Assembly: GCA_046754465.1 (NCBI GenBank)
Contig: JBHHVU010000013.1
Location: forward strand, 444 to 64,443
DNA from: Nitrospinaceae bacterium
Lineage (GTDB): Bacteria; Nitrospinota; Nitrospinia; Nitrospinales; VA-1
Length of the DNA stretch: 64,000 nt
Reading direction: 5' to 3'
Made by a program: the position numbers and the translations under genes. The notes beneath the pieces were generated by a model. It did not search any database, had not been told where the DNA came from, and saw only the letters and a list, made by a program, of their open reading frames with translations. Of the stretch, positions 56,599 through 64,000 are shown in pieces (the first letter of the stretch is position 1; each line of letters opens with the position of its first letter).

Positions 56599-57120
56599 TT
56601 ATTTCTCTATGAGCCGGGGCATGAGCTCCACCAAGTTGCAGGGCCTGTGGTTGCTGTTGAGCTGATGGACGAGAATCATGTCCCAGGCGTCCCGGCAAGC
56701 CCCGGTGGAACCGGGAAGGGCGAACAGGAAGGTGCTCTTTGCCACGCCGGCGGTAGCGCGCGACTGCAGGGTGGAGGTCTTGATATTCTGGTAACTCAAC
56801 CATCGGAACAGTTCTCCAAATCCCGGAATCGATTTGTCATAGAGCGCCTCAAATGCCTCCGGGGTGACGTCCCTTCCGGTCACCCCCGTACCGCCCGTGG
56901 CGATGACGACGTCCACATCCGGGCGGTCGATCCATTCCCTCAGGGTTTCCTGAAGCAGGGGGATCTCGTCTTTTACGATCCGTTTGTCCGCCAAATGATG
57001 GCCCGCGGCCCGGATTCGTTCGACGAGTGTATTGCCCGATTTGTCATTTTCCTCCGTCCGCGTATCCGAAACGGTCAATACGGCGATATTCACGCATTTG
57101 GGTTTTACCGTGTCATCCAT
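56599..57120 (-). CDS. moaB: molybdenum cofactor biosynthesis protein B
   Basis: IAVLTVSDTR..DKSG, TGGTGVTGRDVTPEA, IPGFGELFR, SRA, LPGS, RPCN; ATG 57120 with GAGGGAG. Confidence 0.93.
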   Translation of the reverse strand: MDDTVKPKCVNIAVLTVSDTRTEENDKSGNTLVERIRAAGHHLADKRIVKDEIPLLQETLREWIDRPDVDVVIATGGTGVTGRDVTPEAFEALYDKSIPGFGELFRWLSYQNIKTSTLQSRATAGVAKSTFLFALPGSTGACRDAWDMILVHQLNSNHRPCNLVELMPRLIEK

Positions 57121-57385
57121 TATTATTGCTCCCTCATGAAGAATCTTTTCCTTTTTCAAGGGCTGGAGCCCGACCCCCGGCTATTCCCGGAATCGTTCTC
57201 CAACCGGTTCTGCTTGCTCCGTCTCGGACCCAGGGAGGCGCTTTTAGGTGGATAAGACACCCTGCCGGGGTTTTGAAGAAAGCCGTCAAAGGAATTCAGT
57301 GGATTTTATCGATTGATTGGCGTTAAATGGCATCTCTTGATATGACTTCCCAAAAGTATACCCGCAAACTTTCTAGGGTTCAACC

Positions 57386-58120
57386 ATGCCCGCGGCAATT
57401 GTAACCGGGGGAGCGGTCCGCCTGGGGAGGGCCATGGCCCTTCATCTGGCGCAAAAAGGGTTTGATATCGCCCTGCATCACCACGCTTCGGCCTGCGCGG
57501 CGGAAGAAGCCGCTCGCCGGGCGAGGGACCTAGGGGTCCGCTGCGAAACTTACCCCTGCGACTTCACCGATCTTTCCGCCTCGGAAGGGTTGATGGAAGG
57601 CATCACCCGCGATTTTTCGGATATCGAACTCCTGATTAACAACGCTTCCATATTTGTTCATGAAAATATCGAACAGAGCCGGACCGATACTCTTCGGAAC
57701 TCTTTCCATATCAATCTCATGACCCCCTATCTCCTGATGCGGGAATACAAGAGAAGGGTCAACCGCGGGATGATTATAAATATCCTCGACGAACGGATCG
57801 CCCGCAACGTCCCTGCTTTTGCGGCCTATTCGGTGACGAAGGTGGGTCTGTCCCATCTTACCCACCTAGGTGCCCTCGAATGGGGGGACAAGGTGCGGGT
57901 CAATGGAATTGCCCCCGGCCTCATCCTGCCCCCGGCGGGAGAGCCCGCCGATTATCTGGAGCGGGAAGCCAAAAAAATCCCGGTCCGGGATCACGGTTGC
58001 CCCGAGGATATCCTGCGCGCGCTCGATTACCTGCTCGAGAGCCCCTTTGTCAACGGGGAAACCCTTTTCGTGGACGGTGGGCAGTCGAAGGCCCAGAGGG
58101 GACTTCCGCAAAACGAATAG
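57386..58120 (+). CDS. short-chain dehydrogenase, pteridine reductase/FolM-like
   Basis: TGGAVRLG, LINNASIF, IINILD, YSVTK, RVNGIAPG. Confidence 0.88.
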   Translation: MPAAIVTGGAVRLGRAMALHLAQKGFDIALHHHASACAAEEAARRARDLGVRCETYPCDFTDLSASEGLMEGITRDFSDIELLINNASIFVHENIEQSRTDTLRNSFHINLMTPYLLMREYKRRVNRGMIINILDERIARNVPAFAAYSVTKVGLSHLTHLGALEWGDKVRVNGIAPGLILPPAGEPADYLEREAKKIPVRDHGCPEDILRALDYLLESPFVNGETLFVDGGQSKAQRGLPQNE

Positions 58121-58826
58121 CGCGGGACTAAAATCCTGGCGGTTCTCCTGGAAAATGGTGTTCCCGATTCGGGGTCCGGCAGGGGGGCGGACGGACAAAA
58201 ATGACCTGATTAGGTCATATCTTTTTCCGGGAAATTGAGAAACAATATCAATCGGAACAGCCCAACCTTTGTGGTAATAAGCTTTGAGCTCGAGTTTCTT
58301 CAAAAGGTATTCGCGTTCTTCCTGACATGAATGAGGGGGGATGGAGCCGGCTTTAAAGACACTATGGGAAAAGTGGCTTTTCCGGTTTCAGACCCCTGAC
58401 CCCCTTCCCGTTTTGAATTTTCTACACCGTTAACTTTTTGGAATGAAAAATCTTTGCCGCCGGAGACGTGAATTGATAATTATCCGGCAAAATTCCTTGG
58501 CCCAGCGAACTCTCAGCTCTCCCCGGCGAAGGTTTTTCCTGCCCCCTGTCCCGGGGATGGGGACTCCTTGAAGACAATTGTTTCGGAATAGTGAAATTCT
58601 GAATGACCTTTTGAGAAAGAACTGGTACAATTTCTCCCATCCTCATCTTACCGGATTCGGCGCGGGACCGGATACGATCCGAATCTTTCTGAAAATACGG
58701 CAAATATTCCTTACCTCCCTTTAATAAAGGGAGAGGGACCTCGTTGGCGGTCTCTTTCGATAAGGGGATAATTCCGGGAAAATTCCCGGGTTCTAAACTG
58801 TGATTCCGGTAAACTGTGATTCCGGC

Positions 58827-59624
58827 ATGAAATCATTTTATTTCAAGGGATTGGTTTTCCTTTTGCTGCTACTTGTTTTCAGCGGTACGGCGTTACCGTT
58901 TTCCCAGTTTTTTTCTCCCTCGCCCAAGCCGCCGAAACCTTTCTCCCCCGCGCCACCCGGCTCCCTGAAAGGAGGGGGTATGGAGGTGGTTTCTTCCGCA
59001 ACGGGGGTGCGTATTCGCGTCCAGGACCGTCCTCTGATTGAGGTCTTGCAGGAGGTGGCCAATGCGGCGGAAATCCGTTTCCGGGTCTCGCAATCGTTAC
59101 TCGGCCAAAAGGTGACGGCGGACATTCAGGCGGCCGATTGGCAAGCGGGGCTTAGCAAGTTGTTAAAGAATTTCAGCCGGGTGGGGGTATGGAAAGACGG
59201 TTCCAAATTGGCCGAACTGGTATTGCTGGAAAGCCATTCCCCCCTCCCGGATATTGAGGAAAAATCGGGGAAGAAGTCCGCCCGTTCCGGCAAGGAGGCC
59301 GAAACAAAGGTTGCCGTCCCCGGGAGGGAAGAAAACGTCCGGAAGAACAGGGAGGGTCTTTCGGAAGAGCAACTTCGCCGGCTGGCTGGAACTCCTTTTC
59401 GAGGGTCCCCGCCCGCGAAATTATTTGATGACCCCCGGTACAGAGAGTTTCTGGGAAAACGGGGCGTTGAATCGCCGCGGGATTTGAAGGATGCCCAAAA
59501 AGCCATGGCGGTTCGCCGGGAAGCGCTCAGGCAATTACGCGCCTTGCGAAACAGGAACCTGAGTGATAAAAAATCCCCATCTAATATCGGGCGGATGGTG
59601 ACGCAAGGGGCTATCGGTTCATGA
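58827..59624 (+). CDS. exported hypothetical protein with a secretin-N0/STN-like domain
   Basis: signal peptide, Pro-rich linker, IRVQDRPLIEVLQEVA...IRFRV...KVTADI...WQAGLSKLL pattern. Confidence 0.65.
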   Translation: MKSFYFKGLVFLLLLLVFSGTALPFSQFFSPSPKPPKPFSPAPPGSLKGGGMEVVSSATGVRIRVQDRPLIEVLQEVANAAEIRFRVSQSLLGQKVTADIQAADWQAGLSKLLKNFSRVGVWKDGSKLAELVLLESHSPLPDIEEKSGKKSARSGKEAETKVAVPGREENVRKNREGLSEEQLRRLAGTPFRGSPPAKLFDDPRYREFLGKRGVESPRDLKDAQKAMAVRREALRQLRALRNRNLSDKKSPSNIGRMVTQGAIGS

Positions 59625-61370
59625 TTCCTCCGGCATCGTTTTTCTAACATCCAGAAGCCGCAGTTCCACCTTGTCCTGACCGTTCCAATCGTTGACCTGA
59701 ATTTCGTAAGCAATATCCACCGGACCCTCTTCCAGGTCCAGACTCGCGAAGGTGTCTCCGAGGTTGAATCCCACCACATCGATGTACCCCCCTTCCTGAA
59801 TGGCCTTGAAGCGGACGTGGTTTTTATCTTTCCCCATGGTCCTGAGATTTTGAATATGAACCCGGCTGGACAAAAAGACGGGGACCGGATTTTCCGCGCC
59901 GAAGGGTTCGAGGGCCTGGATGTTTTTAAACAATTCGCGGTTGATTTCGGAAAGGTCGAGGACGGAATCAATTTTCAATTCCGGGATCAGATCGTCCTCG
60001 CACAGAATCCGGCGGCCGATTTCGTTAACGGCCTCCTTGAACGCCGGGATATTCTTTTTCTCCATGGAGAGACCGGCGGCATAGGCATGCCCGCCAAACT
60101 GGGTAAAGAAACCGGAGCATTCTGAAAGCGCCTTGAACAGGTTGAACTTGGGGATACTCCTGCCGGACCCTTTTCCATGACCGTTTTCATCCAGGGAGAT
60201 GAGCACTGTGGGGCGGTAATATTTATCGGCCAGCCGCGAGGCAACGATCCCGATCACCCCCTGATGAAAGTTTTCCGAGGCGAGAACGATCACCCGGTCC
60301 AGATCCATTTCCCGGCCGATGAGGTATTCCGCTTCTTCGAGGGTCCCGGCCTGAACCTCTCTGCGGTCCAAATTGATTTGATCGATCGTTCGCGCAAGTG
60401 CCTTGGCCTCGTTCAAATCGGTCGCGGTGAGAAGGTGCAATCCCGCGTCGGCCTTACCCATCCGGCCCGCCGCGTTCAGCCTGGGACCCAGGGCGAATCC
60501 GACGGACCGGGAAGTCACTTTTCCGTCCACCCTGGCCACCTCCTTGAGTGCCACCACCCCGGGTTTGGAGGAGGCGGAGATCACATCCAGGCCGTGTGAG
60601 GACAGGATATGGTTTTCGCCGGTCAGTGGGGCCACATCGGCGATGGTGCCCAGGACGAACAGGTCCAGGTGACGTTTCAGGTTCGGCAGACGGGCCTTGT
60701 CCCATCCCGACCGATACAATTCACCGCGCAACGCCGTGGCGAGTTTGAATACGATACCCACCCCGCTCAAAAAACGGTAGGGGTATTGGCAAAGGGGTTG
60801 GTGGGGATTCAACACGGCCACCGCGGCGGGCAGTCCGTTTTTTCCCACCTGGTGGTGGTCGGAGACGATCACATCCAGGCCGATTTCGTTGGCGATTTCA
60901 ATTTCGCGGACACAGGTGATCCCGCAATCGGCGGTAATCAGCAGAGTACTGCCTTTCCGGCGAATCTTTCTCACCGCATCGGTGTTCAGTCCGTAGCCTT
61001 CTTTCATGCGGTCGGGAAGATAGTAATTCACGTTCACGCCCAGGTCGCGGAAGAAATGGGTCAAGAACGCGGCTGAGGAGACCCCGTCCACATCGTAATC
61101 GGTGAACACGGTGATGCTTTCTTCCGTATTAATTGCGCGGACGATGCGGTCCACCGCCTCGCGCATTCCCGCCATTAAAAACGGATCGTGCAATTTTGTC
61201 AGATCCCGGTTCACCAGGGAGCGGCCTTCCTCGGCCGTCCTTATATTGCGGTTTACCAGCAGTTCGCCGATAACGGGCGGGACCCCGAGTTCCTGGACCA
61301 GTTCCTGGACCCGGTTCGGCGCCGGGGTGGCGATGGACCAGGTTTTATTGAGTAATGAAAGCATGGTCAC
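59619..61370 (-). CDS. recJ: single-stranded-DNA-specific exonuclease RecJ
   Basis: DYDVDG, EGYGL, TADCG, SDHH, LGTIADV, PRLNAAGR, GSGRS, GGH.YAAG. Confidence 0.97.
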   Translation of the reverse strand: MTMLSLLNKTWSIATPAPNRVQELVQELGVPPVIGELLVNRNIRTAEEGRSLVNRDLTKLHDPFLMAGMREAVDRIVRAINTEESITVFTDYDVDGVSSAAFLTHFFRDLGVNVNYYLPDRMKEGYGLNTDAVRKIRRKGSTLLITADCGITCVREIEIANEIGLDVIVSDHHQVGKNGLPAAVAVLNPHQPLCQYPYRFLSGVGIVFKLATALRGELYRSGWDKARLPNLKRHLDLFVLGTIADVAPLTGENHILSSHGLDVISASSKPGVVALKEVARVDGKVTSRSVGFALGPRLNAAGRMGKADAGLHLLTATDLNEAKALARTIDQINLDRREVQAGTLEEAEYLIGREMDLDRVIVLASENFHQGVIGIVASRLADKYYRPTVLISLDENGHGKGSGRSIPKFNLFKALSECSGFFTQFGGHAYAAGLSMEKKNIPAFKEAVNEIGRRILCEDDLIPELKIDSVLDLSEINRELFKNIQALEPFGAENPVPVFLSSRVHIQNLRTMGKDKNHVRFKAIQEGGYIDVVGFNLGDTFASLDLEEGPVDIAYEIQVNDWNGQDKVELRLLDVRKTMPEES

Positions 61371-62050
61371 CCGTGAAAAGGAGGGACGGGAATTAAAATT
61401 TCCGCGGGGGATTTTCCTTTTTCAGCGAACTTCTCATTCCTGGGACAATATTCGTAAACGCCCTTGAAGGTTCTCCGGTGGATGGGGCAGGGACCGTATT
61501 GCTGAATCCGTTCCCGGTGCACGCGTGTTCCGTAACCTTTATGCCGATGAAATTCATACCGCGGGTAATCTCGATGATAGGCCTCCATGATACGGTCCCG
61601 GGTGACCTTGGCCAGGACCGAGGCCGCCGCGATGGAAAAGCTTTGACTGTCGCCGCGGATGATGGTCCATTGGTCCATGGAAGAATCGATTTTGTGGATG
61701 CCGTCGATCAGGAGAAGATCGGGAGAGAAGGGCAGTTTTTCCACCGCCAGTTTCATGGCCAGCCGGGAAGCCTGGAGGATGTTGATCCGATCGATCACAT
61801 CGGCGTGAACGACGCCGATTCCATAGCCCAGGGAAGTTTTTTGGATGAGGGGAAAGAGTTGGTCTCGCTTGGCGGGGGAAAGTTTCTTGCTGTCGTCGAG
61901 TCCGTCGAGTTGGACCTTCGGGGGAAACACGGCCGCGGCGGCCACCACCGGTCCCGCCAGGGGCCCCCGGCCCGCTTCATCCACTCCGGACACGCATCGG
62001 TATCCCCTTTTTTCCGCCTGGATTTCGTAATCATGCATTCCGGTACCCAT
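61367..62050 (-). CDS. rnhB: ribonuclease HII
   Basis: GVDEAGRGPLAGPVVAAA, DSKKL, IAAASVLAKVTRD, HKGYGT. Confidence 0.97.
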   Translation of the reverse strand: MGTGMHDYEIQAEKRGYRCVSGVDEAGRGPLAGPVVAAAAVFPPKVQLDGLDDSKKLSPAKRDQLFPLIQKTSLGYGIGVVHADVIDRINILQASRLAMKLAVEKLPFSPDLLLIDGIHKIDSSMDQWTIIRGDSQSFSIAAASVLAKVTRDRIMEAYHRDYPRYEFHRHKGYGTRVHRERIQQYGPCPIHRRTFKGVYEYCPRNEKFAEKGKSPAEILIPVPPFHG

Positions 62051-62282
62051 CTCCTGGGGCGGGAAAACGGCGGTGGCCCAAAAAGGTTGAAAACGATTCG
62101 GCCTAAAGAGGGTTCAGGAAGGCCACCCGCCCTTGTCTCCTTAACCTTGGAATGATATTTCATTGTCCGGGGTTCAGGCAACTTAAAAGTGATCATCCTT
62201 GAGGAACCGTCGGCAGGGCTCCTGCCAAAACATGAAGGATAACCGTTGCAAAACAGACGGAACCGAATCTATAATCCCCTCG

Positions 62283-63110
62283 ATGGTTACCCGACTCAAA
62301 TTCCTTGCCGCGGCGTGGCTTTTAATTGTTGCCGCCTGCGTGACCACCCCGGAATCGCAAAAATCCGCGTTCATCGTCATTCCCTTGTCCCAGGAAATTT
62401 CCATGGGACGCCAGGCCTACCAGGAGATCCTGCAAAAAAACAAGGAATCTCCAAACAAAAGGTGGGTGACGATGACCCGGCGCGTGGGAAAGGGGCTGGC
62501 GGCCAAAACCTCCATGCCCAACCTGGAATGGGAGTTCAAATTGATCGAATCCAAGGAGCAAAACGCGTTTGCCTTGCCTGGGGGTAAAACGGCGGTGTAC
62601 ACGGGCATTCTGAAAGTCTGCGAAAACGAGGCGGGACTGGCGGCCGTGCTGGGTCATGAGATCGCCCATGTGACCGCCCGGCACGGAGCCCAGCGCATTT
62701 CTCAACAATTCCTCATCATGGGCGCCATGACCGTTGCGAGTATCAGCTTGGCCAACAAGGACCATCGGCAACTGATCCTCGGGGCCTTGGGGCTGGGAAC
62801 CATGTATGGCATTTCACTGCCCTTCAGCCGGGCCAATGAATCCGAAGCGGATGAGATCGGTTTGATTTACATGGCGCGGGCGGGGTACGACCCCCGGGAA
62901 GCGGTGAGGTTCTGGACCCGGTTCAGTCAGGTCAAAAAAGGCCAGCAGGTTCCCGAATTTCTTTCCACGCATCCCGCCGACACCACCCGAATTTCACGGC
63001 TGCAACGGTATATGCCGCGAGCCCTGCGGGAGTACCGGGGCGCCCGGGTCCAATACCGATTGGGAGAAAGGTTTTACCCCGAATCGCCGGCAAAAACCTC
63101 CGGATCCTAA
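62283..63110 (+). CDS. M48-family zinc metallopeptidase lipoprotein
   Basis: lipobox VAAC; NAFALPGG, GHEIAH, SRANESEAD, EFLSTHP. Confidence 0.92.
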   Translation: MVTRLKFLAAAWLLIVAACVTTPESQKSAFIVIPLSQEISMGRQAYQEILQKNKESPNKRWVTMTRRVGKGLAAKTSMPNLEWEFKLIESKEQNAFALPGGKTAVYTGILKVCENEAGLAAVLGHEIAHVTARHGAQRISQQFLIMGAMTVASISLANKDHRQLILGALGLGTMYGISLPFSRANESEADEIGLIYMARAGYDPREAVRFWTRFSQVKKGQQVPEFLSTHPADTTRISRLQRYMPRALREYRGARVQYRLGERFYPESPAKTSGS

Positions 63111-63123
63111 AAATCCCCCCGGT

Positions 63124-63528
63124 TTATTTGGAGGATTTGGCCCGGCTCTTTTTGCTTTTTCCCTTGCCGGAGGATTTGGCCCGCGTCGGTTTCAATTCTT
63201 TCAACCGCGCCGCCTTGCCGCGCAATTCTCTCAGGTAATAGAGCTTGGACTTTCTCACCCGGGCGCGTTTGACGAGGACGATTTTATCCACTCGCGGGGA
63301 ATGAAGGGGAAAGATGCGTTCCACGCCGATGCCGAAGGAAATTTTCCTTACAGTAATGGTTTTACGCACGCCTCCACCGTGCATGCGGATCACCACCCCC
63401 TCGATCACCTGGATGCGTTCCTTCTCCCCTTCGACGATCCGCATGTGGACTTTAACGGTATCCCCGATGTGGATGTCCGGCACTTCTTTTTTTAATTCCT
63501 GGGCTTCAATCTGGTCGATCAAATTCAT
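63124..63528 (-). CDS. rplS: 50S ribosomal protein L19
   Basis: [42 protein letters not shown]. Confidence 0.98.
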   Translation of the reverse strand: MNLIDQIEAQELKKEVPDIHIGDTVKVHMRIVEGEKERIQVIEGVVIRMHGGGVRKTITVRKISFGIGVERIFPLHSPRVDKIVLVKRARVRKSKLYYLRELRGKAARLKELKPTRAKSSGKGKSKKSRAKSSK

Positions 63529-63615
63529 GAAACTTTCTCCTTCTCCGTAATAGCGGTCTCAGTGTCGCAAAAAAACGTATCAGGTTCAAATTCTTTTCCC
63601 CGCCGGTCGGGCGGA

Positions 63616-63999
63616 TCATGCGCCCCGTGTGGGGGCAAGCAGCCGGTCCAGGATTATGGCGATTGCCGCCCGGACCGGTAAATGATTGTAGCCGTCCAGC
63701 CCCTCGATTGGATTCAAAACATAATCGGCCCGGCTCAGGAGCCCTTTTTCCAGTCCCCAGCCGGTTCCAAAGACCAGCAGGTAGGGCTCGCCTCCTTGCA
63801 GTTTGCTTCGCATTTCATCGAAACCGATGCTTTGGGGGAATTTCCCGGCATCGGTGATGACCGTCCGGGGTTTTTCCCCGTACAGGTCGGCCAACTCGCT
63901 GATGACATCCTGCAGCGAATTTTTCACCCGTGTCTTGAGCAGGGCTTCCTTCCGCGTGGGATTGTACACTGCGCCGTGACCGGTTACCCAGTGGCGGAT
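63616..63999 (-). CDS. SPOUT-type RNA methyltransferase (TrmD-associated C-terminal-like domain), 5' end outside the window
   Basis: frame open to the window edge (IRHWVTGHGAVYNPTRKEAL); FGTGWGL, YNHLPVRAAIAIILDRL; upstream of rplS. Confidence 0.85.
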   Translation of the reverse strand: MRHWVTGHGAVYNPTRKEALLKTRVKNSLQDVISELADLYGEKPRTVITDAGKFPQSIGFDEMRSKLQGGEPYLLVFGTGWGLEKGLLSRADYVLNPIEGLDGYNHLPVRAAIAIILDRLLAPTRGA

Positions 64000-64000
64000 G

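Noticed and set aside
57161..57290. Moco riboswitch upstream of moaB (CAGGG...GCCTCCC on the minus strand)
   Set aside because: The 5' P1/P2 elements and the downstream GGAAAGG segment are not found; an Infernal search with the Rfam Moco model would settle it
58150..58220. Fluoride riboswitch-like start (GGAAAATGGTGTTCCC...ATGAC)
   Set aside because: Pseudoknot pairing is absent and there is no fluoride-related gene downstream
57866..58390. Protein-like minus-strand frame (..EEREYLLKKLELKAYYHKGW..) as a gene or pseudogene
   Set aside because: No RBS or convincing start, it overlaps the SDR gene, and no family is recognisable

Overview
Chromosomal segment of a GC-rich diderm bacterium. The gene repertoire (NarK, MoaB, many exported c-type cytochromes, DUF1566 and FGE-domain proteins, deltaproteobacteria-style rplS and SPOUT neighbourhood) is reminiscent of Nitrospinota, but that is inference only. 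Most of the window is housekeeping: priA, maf, ettA, efp, tolQRAB-pal, radA, ispD, mutY, queE, ychF, rng, rodA, rluD, moaB, recJ, rnhB, rplS. No rRNA, tRNA, CRISPR array or intact transposase is recognisable. Five things stand out. (1) A cluster at 19.2-24.3 kb with a Cyc2-type cytochrome-porin fusion flanked by four monoheme cytochromes c, three of them tandem paralogues with an extra Cys pair: a candidate outer-membrane electron conduit. (2) An AT-rich, translationally coupled three-gene operon led by a GHKL (MORC/HSP90-like) ATPase at 0.2-3.6 kb: a candidate uncharacterised defence module. (3) A stretched Tol-Pal system with a ~200-residue Pal linker and a 650-aa TPR-less CpoB-like coiled coil. 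(4) A DnaA-box cluster between rodA and rluD. (5) A mosaic intergenic repeat family. All calls come from motif recognition by eye; no database searches were run.
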